From positions 1-32,905 of the forward strand of contig CALRPK020000001.1 in assembly GCA_943370015.1 (NCBI GenBank): a DNA stretch of 32,905 bases, read 5' to 3'. The notes beneath the pieces are model-generated. The model was not told the origin of the DNA and did not search any database. It was given only the letters and a program-made list of their open reading frames with translations. Shown here piece after piece: positions 26,269-32,905 of this stretch. The translations under genes were made by a program, and so were the position numbers. The first letter of the stretch is position 1. Each line of letters starts with the position of its first letter. Origin of the DNA: Paracoccus haematequi. GTDB taxonomy: Bacteria; Pseudomonadota; Alphaproteobacteria; Rhodobacterales; Rhodobacteraceae.

Positions 26269-26561
26269 TGCCCCACCGCCTGCGCCTGAAGCTGCGCCGT
26301 CAGGTCTGCGACCACGCGTTCCAGACGCTTGACCCTGGCCCTTTCCCTTTCAAGATCGTCCTTCAGCTCTTCGATCTCGTCCTCAAGATCGGTCACGTCC
26401 TCTTCGGTGGCCCATTCCCGCCCGAAATCTTCGTGATCGTCCGGCCAATACATCCCGGCCACTTCGCGTTCCACGAACGGCTTGGCAAAGGCAATATGAC
26501 CGACGATCTCGCCGTTCTGCATCAACTCGCCTGTGGTCCTGATTTCCAATTCCGCCATCAC
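26265..26561 (-). CDS. Hypothetical acidic coiled-coil protein
   Basis: Heptad-rich C-terminus; stop overlaps the next start. Confidence 0.7.
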   Translation of the reverse strand: MMAELEIRTTGELMQNGEIVGHIAFAKPFVEREVAGMYWPDDHEDFGREWATEEDVTDLEDEIEELKDDLERERARVKRLERVVADLTAQLQAQAVGQ

Positions 26562-26603
26562 AATGCCCTCTGAATGACGTGGTGCCGATTTACCGATTGA
26601 CTG

Positions 26604-26628
26604 GCCCCGCCACCCGTGGCGGCGGGGC
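26604..26628. other. GC-rich hairpin after the DUF3164 gene
   Basis: gccccgcc-N9-ggcggggc, an 8-bp perfect stem with no U-tract. Confidence 0.5.
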
Positions 26629-26636
26629 GCTTGCTG

Positions 26637-27260
26637 TCAGAGTTTCGCGAAATCCAGCGTGACCGCGCCGCCGTGGCTGTTCAGCGCGCGGTCATAGAAC
26701 CGCACATAGGTGCTGGTGCCCTCTGGCTGCACCGCGTCCGCGATGGCGTCCATCGCGCGCCGCCAGCGCGCATCCGGTTCGCCCTGATCGTTCTTCATGA
26801 CCAGACGCCGCAGGCCCAATACGCGGCCCGTGTCGATCCGCCCCGCCTTGTTCACCTGAAACGCGTCTTCGACCAGCGTGCGAATGTTGTCATTGGCACC
26901 CTTCGACCACTCCTCAATGCATTCATCGATAAGCGCCTTTGCCGCCTGCAATTCGGTGCCAAAGCTGATCTGTTCAGCCACTTGCACCGACACTTCGAAT
27001 TGCCCGTCAAACGACTTGAACGAAAAGTTCCCCTTCTTTCCGCCGACAGACGCGCCATAGCGTTCGAAGATCAGCCCCTTCGCGGCCATCATCTCATCCA
27101 ATGCCGTGCGCTTGAACGCGGCCATCACGTCCTGGACCGCCTTGGCCGATGCGACCAGACGGCGGGCCACCTCGTCCTTCATCTGGTCGGCCTCGCTGAT
27201 ATTGGCCAGACGCACTCGGTTGCCCTTGGCGTCAGTCCAGAATTCTTCGTCTCTTTCCAT
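26637..27260 (-). CDS. DUF3164 family protein (Mu-like early region)
   Basis: WTDAKG...GGKKGN.SF.SFDG...FG.ELQAAKALIDEC...AFQV.K.G...VLGLRR...W.RAMDAI...YVRFY. Confidence 0.88.
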   Translation of the reverse strand: MERDEEFWTDAKGNRVRLANISEADQMKDEVARRLVASAKAVQDVMAAFKRTALDEMMAAKGLIFERYGASVGGKKGNFSFKSFDGQFEVSVQVAEQISFGTELQAAKALIDECIEEWSKGANDNIRTLVEDAFQVNKAGRIDTGRVLGLRRLVMKNDQGEPDARWRRAMDAIADAVQPEGTSTYVRFYDRALNSHGGAVTLDFAKL

Positions 27261-27273
27261 CTCTCGCTCCTTT

Positions 27274-27471
27274 TCAAAGTTGGGAAATCACGTCCGGCGC
27301 AGGGGCCGGGGGTGGGGGCGCGGGCAGCGCCGCATCCTCCAAGAACACGTCGGCAATGAAGGCCAAGGCGACGATCTCTTCGGCGGTCACCATCGACCAA
27401 CCGCGCGCACTGGCCTTCACCTTGGCCTTGGCTTGCGCGGCCAGAACCACCATCCGGGACAGGTCAGACAT
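27274..27471 (-). CDS. Hypothetical protein
   Basis: MSDLSRMVVLA...VTAEEIVALA; RBS GGAGG; overlaps the upstream stop. Confidence 0.65.
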   Translation of the reverse strand: MSDLSRMVVLAAQAKAKVKASARGWSMVTAEEIVALAFIADVFLEDAALPAPPPPAPAPDVISQL

Positions 27472-27784
27472 GTGCCGCCCTCCGGTTGCGATAGCTGAAG
27501 GACGCGGGGACGCCCTCGGCGCTGACAGCGCGGCGGCAGGCCTGGCACATCCGGTTATGCGCACCCAAAGACAGGAACTGCCCCTGACAGCACAGGCAGC
27601 GGCGCAGCTTGACGCCTGCATCGTTCAGCGCCGGAAGGTGATCGGCCAACCAATCCTCGGCCTTCTTGCGCGTCCGAAAGCTGGACGGGCAGTCGATCCG
27701 CGCCGGGATCGACGTCACCTCGAAATCCCCGCTCATCACGCGCAGGACGAGGCGTTTGTATTCATCAGGAAGGGGCCTTTGCAT
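27464..27784 (-). CDS. Zinc-finger hypothetical protein
   Basis: RRCLCC...FLS.G.HNRMC..C motif. Confidence 0.7.
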   Translation of the reverse strand: MQRPLPDEYKRLVLRVMSGDFEVTSIPARIDCPSSFRTRKKAEDWLADHLPALNDAGVKLRRCLCCQGQFLSLGAHNRMCQACRRAVSAEGVPASFSYRNRRAAHV

Positions 27785-27786
27785 GA

Positions 27787-28560
27787 TCACGCCCCCGCCA
27801 TCCAAGCGGCGGCGGTCTGCACCACGGCCTCATCCAGCTTTTCGATGCCTTCGGCCCGCATCAGACGGTCACAAGCGTCGCCCAGTTCCAGTGCCGTGCG
27901 CCAGACGCCGCCAGTCAACCGGCGGAACAGCGCGGCGGTCTTGCGGCTGACCTTGCCAAAGCGGGGTTGGATGCAATAGGCGACCAACTCATCGTCACTG
28001 GCCATCGGCCCCAGCACGATCCGCTTGGCCCCGATCCTCTGGCGGAACTGCGCCAGATAGGTGCCAACACCAGCGGTCGAAATCGTCCGCGCCAGAATGT
28101 CGGTCCCGACGATCACAAGCCCACATTGCGCCAGATCGGACAGGCTGCGCAGCTTCTCCAACTGCGCCCACCGCAGATGGTTGGCCTCATCCACGATGAT
28201 CAGCCGCCCCGGCAAGGCGGTCAGCATGCGACCAAACAGCGTGTTGCCCGTGCCGGTCAGGTCAATGTTGATCCCGCGCGCCACAGCAGATTTGGCGATC
28301 AACAGCATCAGGTCTTTGTCGCTGATCCGCGTCCAGCATTCGATCCGGATCGCCCCCATCTCATCGGCCAGCCACGTGGTCAGCCGCGACTTGCCCGTGC
28401 CCGGTTGCCCGGTGATCTGCCCGATCCGGCAATGGTCCCGCGCGGTCAACACCGTGCGGCACATCTCCAGCGCCTGATCCGCCGCCACGGTGCGGACAAA
28501 GGCGATATCGCCCGCACCCGCGACCACATCCAAAGGCGATGCCTCATCGATCTCTGTCAT
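27787..28560 (-). CDS. Transposition AAA+ ATPase (MuB-like)
   Basis: Walker A GQPGTGKS and Walker B LIIVDEANHL; coupled to the transposase stop. Confidence 0.92.
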   Translation of the reverse strand: MTEIDEASPLDVVAGAGDIAFVRTVAADQALEMCRTVLTARDHCRIGQITGQPGTGKSRLTTWLADEMGAIRIECWTRISDKDLMLLIAKSAVARGINIDLTGTGNTLFGRMLTALPGRLIIVDEANHLRWAQLEKLRSLSDLAQCGLVIVGTDILARTISTAGVGTYLAQFRQRIGAKRIVLGPMASDDELVAYCIQPRFGKVSRKTAALFRRLTGGVWRTALELGDACDRLMRAEGIEKLDEAVVQTAAAWMAGA

Positions 28561-30821
28561 TCCTCGTCATCCTCATAAGCAACCGCTGCCAAAGCGGCAT
28601 TCGGGCCAACCTTGAACTGGGTGATCTCGCGGCGCGGGGTCTGGGCGTTGCCCGAAAGGCGGTCGCGCGCCTCCGCGTCGGCCTTGGACATGCGCGACAA
28701 CATGTCGGTGTTCACCAGCGTGCCCACCGGTGCGTCTGGCGTGTCCAGAAGGTGGCTGTTGTGGCGCTCTGTCTCTGCCACAAGGTCAAGCAGCGCGCAG
28801 TGCTTCCGCATCTCTGCGACCTCGCGCAGCACATACTTGCGCCTCCGCCCAAGCTCCTCGGCCCCAGCGCGTTCCAACACGCCATAGGCCCGTTCCACGG
28901 TCGCCTCGCAAAGGAAGGTTTCGCCGTCGAACACGAACACCACATCCGGCTTCCACGCCGGGATACGGACGGTGACCGGGCTGTGCCGCAATTCCAACGC
29001 CTCGTGGTAGTAATGCACCGTGTCGCCATGCCTGTTCTTGATGCGGAAGCGGCCTGCACTCGGGGTCCGTGTGACCTCTTCCGAAAAGGCCAGACGCAAC
29101 ACGGCTGGATCACCAAGCACCGTCTTGCCCCAGCCGCCCGCGATGAAATCTGCCAACGCCTCGTTGGGGCTGCGCCCGCCAAGTTTCCCGTCCTGAGCGC
29201 GCTTGTGGTAGAATTGAAGCATCGTGCTGGCATCGCGCAGAAAGTCCTCTGCCGTGCCCTCGAAAGGCTTCGCTGGACGCCCCTTTGCGTGGGTCTTCTT
29301 CCGCATCCGGTCACCGGATGTCCAACCGGAGATCACCGCGAACTGCACACGTTCCAGATTGCCGAAAGTGCCTTCGATCCCCGGTTTACCCTTCGCGTTA
29401 TAGGCCAGTGATCGAACCACAGCCTCGCGCGCACTTCGCACCCGCGCGTCAACCTCGCCGTTCTCGCCAAGCTGGTGCAGCGCAAAGGCACCACTCGTCA
29501 GCTTCGACAAATGCGTGAAGCCGTTGACCATCGCGGCCCAGCCGTATTCAGACCCGTTGTCCAGATACAGCAGACGCGGCAGACCCCAGTCCGTCACCAT
29601 GGCCTCAAAGGCCATCGCGACATGCTCACGCTTAACGCCTTCACCCGGCTCAAGGATGACAAAGGTCATATGGATTTCATTGGTGGCGATGTCGAACCAA
29701 CTGATCGCCCGCGCATAGACCTCCGTCCCGTCGCGCCGGTTCATCAACACGTCCACCGGGTGGACGTCGCCCACCACGATGTCGCGCGGCAGGTAGCCGG
29801 AATAGTCGCGCCGGATGTGCGGCATGAACTCGTCCTGCCACCGCGCATTATCCTTGTCCTTGACCGCCAAAAGGCCGAACCGCCGCTCCTCTTCCACCCG
29901 GCGGGTGTTGACGAAGCACACTTCCAGCTTCGATCCGGCCCCCGAATTGCCGGTGATGCGCCCCTGCGGCAGCCGGTCAAAGGCCTTCACACCAAGCGCC
30001 GCACTCAACTCGACCAGCCATGACGTGGCCTTCTCGGACACCGCATACTTGCCACGCTCACCGCTGGCCCACAGATTGCGGATGTGCGCCTGAAGCTGAT
30101 CGGCAATCCGTGCGTGATCCGCCTGGGGGATGCGCCCCTCAAAGAAGCTGTCCCACGTCCGCGTCACGGTGACGTCGCGCGTGCCCTTGCGGGCGTTTTC
30201 CTTGGGCATAAGACCTGCCAGACCGGCCTGCTTGGCCTCATAGGCCTGCACCCACCGGCAGATCGTCGCGCGGCTGACAAGCCCGCGCCGACCATTCGGC
30301 AACAGCCGCTCAAGTGCAGCCAGTTCCTGCACTTTGACTTCGCGCGCCTTCGACCGCTTGGGCAACGCCAGCACGGGCCGGATCACATCATGCCGCCAGC
30401 GGGCGACGTCCAAACGGGCATCGTGCCGCTTGTCCAGCACCAGTGCCGCCGGGGTGACCACCGCCAGCGCCGTGGCCTCGGGCCGCGCATTCACGTCCAC
30501 GCCCCGCGCCAGATACCACGCCTCGCGCAGATCGGCGGGCAGGCTGTCCACATGGACTTGCAGCACCTTGCCGCCCTGTCCGACATGGGATGCCACCTCA
30601 CGCACGATCAGGTCACAGCCCCGCCAGCGGCGGGCATCAACGGCACGGCGGGCAACCCGATCCGCGATCCCCGCAAGGGATGCCAGACCCGCCGTCGAGA
30701 GCCATTTTTCGTCGGTCCTTAGGGGGTCCTTAGTCAGGTCCTTAGTCGGGCAGTTCGCCTCGACTAAGGACCCTGCAAAGCCCCCCTCAACCACCTCGAA
30801 TTTCCGCGCTACCGAACCCAT
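28557..30821 (-). CDS. DDE transposase (MuA-like)
   Basis: 754 aa; N-terminal Mu-type HTH (HVDSLP), second HTH (SRATICRW), catalytic GDVHPVD / YLDNGSEY / KPGIEGTF. Confidence 0.93.
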   Translation of the reverse strand: MGSVARKFEVVEGGFAGSLVEANCPTKDLTKDPLRTDEKWLSTAGLASLAGIADRVARRAVDARRWRGCDLIVREVASHVGQGGKVLQVHVDSLPADLREAWYLARGVDVNARPEATALAVVTPAALVLDKRHDARLDVARWRHDVIRPVLALPKRSKAREVKVQELAALERLLPNGRRGLVSRATICRWVQAYEAKQAGLAGLMPKENARKGTRDVTVTRTWDSFFEGRIPQADHARIADQLQAHIRNLWASGERGKYAVSEKATSWLVELSAALGVKAFDRLPQGRITGNSGAGSKLEVCFVNTRRVEEERRFGLLAVKDKDNARWQDEFMPHIRRDYSGYLPRDIVVGDVHPVDVLMNRRDGTEVYARAISWFDIATNEIHMTFVILEPGEGVKREHVAMAFEAMVTDWGLPRLLYLDNGSEYGWAAMVNGFTHLSKLTSGAFALHQLGENGEVDARVRSAREAVVRSLAYNAKGKPGIEGTFGNLERVQFAVISGWTSGDRMRKKTHAKGRPAKPFEGTAEDFLRDASTMLQFYHKRAQDGKLGGRSPNEALADFIAGGWGKTVLGDPAVLRLAFSEEVTRTPSAGRFRIKNRHGDTVHYYHEALELRHSPVTVRIPAWKPDVVFVFDGETFLCEATVERAYGVLERAGAEELGRRRKYVLREVAEMRKHCALLDLVAETERHNSHLLDTPDAPVGTLVNTDMLSRMSKADAEARDRLSGNAQTPRREITQFKVGPNAALAAVAYEDDEE
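30714..30772. repeat. Four-copy GGTCCTTAG(TC) cluster in the 5' end of the transposase gene
   Basis: Direct copies at 30714, 30725 and 30737; inverted copy cgactaaggacc at 30761-30772. Confidence 0.8.
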
Positions 30822-30845
30822 CGCCTGCCCGTTCCTGATCTTGCG

Positions 30846-31082
30846 TCAGTGCGTCTGGGTCGCGGCTGCAAACAGCCGCACCCCGTGTTGCTTCACCTGT
30901 TCGGAAATGAACCCCATCAACCCGCACAGGGCCGGGGTCTTGATCTCGGACACCAAGGCCAAGGCGAACATCGCCCGCTCTCTGTCCGTCAGCACCGCAA
31001 GCGCCCGCCGCGCCGCCTCCCGCGCCGCATCATCCGCCCCGGCGGGGCGCAAATGACTGGAAACCAAAGGAGAATGGCCCAT
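30846..31082 (-). CDS. Hypothetical protein
   Basis: 78 aa ORF with GGAGGG RBS, in the early operon. Confidence 0.55.
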   Translation of the reverse strand: MGHSPLVSSHLRPAGADDAAREAARRALAVLTDRERAMFALALVSEIKTPALCGLMGFISEQVKQHGVRLFAAATQTH

Positions 31083-31139
31083 CAGTGCGTCCCTCCCACT
31101 TTCGTGCTAGGGTTGCGCGACTCAGTTGGAGAGATACGA

Positions 31140-31436
31140 GTGACACCCGAAGACTTCGATAGACAAATGAAAGCCTTGACCCAACTCGCGGAAGCCGCCG
31201 CTGCAAAGGCCATCAACTCTACAGCGATGGCCATGATGGCTGTGCAGGTCCAGTTCATCTCAATGCTCACCCGCAAGGGCGTGTTGGACGCGAAGGACAT
31301 CGACGGCTTCGTGAAGTCTATTGAGGCGATGTCAGCAGTCATGGCGACCACCAGCCCCGAAACGGGAAAGGAATTTGCCGACATTGCGCTTCAGCTTCGC
31401 CACTACCTGTTCAAATCGACCGATAAGGCGAATTGA
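31140..31436 (+). CDS. Antisense moron, helical hypothetical protein
   Basis: GGAGAG RBS, GTG start; MTPEDFDRQMKAL...LTRKGVLD...; opposite to the early operon. Confidence 0.65.
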   Translation: MTPEDFDRQMKALTQLAEAAAAKAINSTAMAMMAVQVQFISMLTRKGVLDAKDIDGFVKSIEAMSAVMATTSPETGKEFADIALQLRHYLFKSTDKAN

Positions 31437-31541
31437 GTAACGCTGATCGAAGGCCTCGATCACATTTCGCGCGGCACGGTCGATTGCGGTCTGATGCAGC
31501 GCCTCACGCTCGGCGGCGTGTTTCAGGAACTCCTCCATCAC
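31332..31541 (-). CDS. Hypothetical protein (3' part overlaps the antisense gene)
   Basis: GGAGGT RBS; start overlaps the upstream stop. Confidence 0.45.
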   Translation of the reverse strand: MMEEFLKHAAEREALHQTAIDRAARNVIEAFDQRYSIRLIGRFEQVVAKLKRNVGKFLSRFGAGGRHDC

Positions 31542-31741
31542 AGCACCTCCCCGGCCTGCGGGGCGGCGGGCATCGTCTCGCCCTTCAGCCCGCCAACCAT
31601 CCCGTCAAGGATGCCCGCCATCCGATACAACTCGGAAATCGCGGTCGCCCGCCCTTCGGCGTTGCCGCTTTCGATCAGGGCGACCATGACCGGCACCATC
31701 CCGGTCCATGTCGGTGTCAGGTCGATGCGCTCGCCCATCAT
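31538..31741 (-). CDS. Hypothetical protein
   Basis: ERIDLTPTWTG...ELYRMA..LD; coupled to the ner stop. Confidence 0.65.
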   Translation of the reverse strand: MMGERIDLTPTWTGMVPVMVALIESGNAEGRATAISELYRMAGILDGMVGGLKGETMPAAPQAGEVL

Positions 31742-32016
31742 GCCACCTGTTGCAGCTTGGCGGCTTCGGCCAGCATCCGGCGGCGATAGGCCTCAGTGAC
31801 CACCTCCCGGCCCGCATCCGCGATCATCCGGTCGATGATCTCCCGACCCCGATTGCCGCCCGAAAAGCCATAGGTTGCCGCCTTTGCCGACGAAGCCCGG
31901 ACCCCATTGGTCCGGCACCATTCGGCAAACGTGGTCCCGCGCGCCCGCAAAGACCCCACAAGCACCTCGTGTAGGACTTTCCCCGGCTGGACCACGACTT
32001 TTGAGATTGATGACAT
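31738..32016 (-). CDS. Ner/Cro-like early regulator
   Basis: LRARGTTFAEWCRTNGV...A HTH; divergent from the repressor and first gene of the early operon. Confidence 0.78.
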   Translation of the reverse strand: MSSISKVVVQPGKVLHEVLVGSLRARGTTFAEWCRTNGVRASSAKAATYGFSGGNRGREIIDRMIADAGREVVTEAYRRRMLAEAAKLQQVA

Positions 32017-32110
32017 CTAACGCCCCATGTGTTAGCCCACAGGTCTTGCCTGTGTGGATATACATACACACGATTGTAGGGCTTTGCAACCGAGAGACAC
32101 ACAAATGCAG
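32017..32110. promoter_or_regulatory. Lysis-lysogeny switch region with candidate operators
   Basis: Lower-GC spacer; IR cacagg-N5-cctgtg (32038-32054); IR tgtgt-N10-acaca (32051-32070); direct repeat acacacgattgtag / acacacaaatgcag (32066, 32097). Confidence 0.65.
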
Positions 32111-32776
32111 TGTTCAGATCGAATTCGGTGGGTCATTTCTGACAAGTCTATGACAATTAAAGAGTTTTCTGACGCCATTCATACGAGCAAGCGAACGGTT
32201 GAGAGCTACTTGCAGCTTGATCGCGCGCCTGGACCCGATTTTCTAACGGCGATGGCCACACACCTGGGTGTATCAGCGACATGGATACTCGCCGGGTTAG
32301 GCGATCCATATGTTGAAAGCCGCACAAATGTAGTGGAGGGGGTGCCGGAAGTTGTCCACATCCAGCGCTATGACGTCGGTGCGGCGGCTGGCGCTGGATC
32401 GTTGGTTGAAGCAGAACGGGGTACCGGCTTCTACGCCTTCAACCGAAAGTGGCTGGACAGGCGCGGCCTGTCACCCGCCAACCTAGCCGTCATCTCCGTG
32501 CGCGGCGACAGCATGGAGCCAGACCTTTGCGACAATGACTTAATTTTATTGGACCGCGCCCAGACGTCGCCCCGCGACGGCGACATCTACGTACTGCGCT
32601 ACTCCGGGCATCTCTTCGTAAAACGCGTTCAGTTAATGCCCGGAAACCGCGTGAAGCTGTGCAGTAGCAATCCTCTTTACGACCCAATCACCGTCGCGAA
32701 TGGACGCACTTCAGACGCAACCACCGAAGACCTCACCTTCATCGGTCGGGTCGTCGCGTCAATGCATGAATGGTGA
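32105..32776 (+). CDS. Prophage repressor, XRE HTH + S24 peptidase (CI/LexA-like)
   Basis: N-terminal HTH; AAAGAG cleavage site; VRGDSM catalytic Ser; FVKR catalytic Lys. Confidence 0.92.
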   Translation: MQCSDRIRWVISDKSMTIKEFSDAIHTSKRTVESYLQLDRAPGPDFLTAMATHLGVSATWILAGLGDPYVESRTNVVEGVPEVVHIQRYDVGAAAGAGSLVEAERGTGFYAFNRKWLDRRGLSPANLAVISVRGDSMEPDLCDNDLILLDRAQTSPRDGDIYVLRYSGHLFVKRVQLMPGNRVKLCSSNPLYDPITVANGRTSDATTEDLTFIGRVVASMHEW

Positions 32777-32815
32777 TTGCTTCCCGTATCGGCACAACGC
32801 GGCAGAGATCGGCGG

Positions 32816-32837
32816 CAATCTCATTTCACTTGCTCCG
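32816..32837 (-). repeat. Inverted copy of the end motif (L2/L3-like site)
   Basis: caatctcatttcacttgctccg matches the reverse complement of 252-273 (caatctcaaataatgtggtccg) at 16/22. Confidence 0.7.
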
Positions 32838-32905
32838 CCCTCAGCGCGGCAAGCACAACACCACGCCCGCGCAAAACCCCTTATTTTCAACGACCGCCAA
32901 AAAAC

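Larger units (their letters stand above)
225..32905 (-). mobile_element. Mu-like transposable prophage with P2-like virion genes (repressor-side end lies just beyond the window)
   Basis: MuA/MuB-like genes, Ner, repressor and GemA; full head, tail and lysis set; no integrase; TG at 225 followed by tandem 22-bp repeats. Confidence 0.92.

Overview
High-GC alphaproteobacterial (Rhodobacteraceae-like) locus. Bases 1-149 are the 3' end of a host PhoB-type response regulator gene. From about 225 to beyond the right edge lies an almost complete (about 33 kb) transposable Mu-type prophage in three transcriptional blocks. (1) Early block, minus strand, 32016 to about 21860: Ner-like regulator, DDE transposase A, AAA+ protein B, DUF3164, GemA-like protein, a Zn-ribbon regulator, a DUF550 nucleotide hydrolase, and a MuF protein with a toxin-like C-terminal extension plus a candidate immunity gene. 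An XRE/S24 repressor is divergent at the right end. (2) Late plus-strand block, 12978-21808: portal, terminase, morphogenesis protein, lysis cassette, a second frameshifted fibre and a DNA adenine methylase. (3) Late minus-strand block, 12805-275: XkdF-like protease, P2-family capsid and a complete P2-like contractile tail. The most notable observations are the Mu-transposition/P2-virion chimera, the MuF toxin-immunity pair in the early operon, a 21-22 bp end motif seen at both ends and also inside ner, a four-copy motif cluster in the 5' end of the transposase gene, and a stand-alone copy of the transposase N-terminal domain. All family calls come from motif recognition and gene order, not from database searches.
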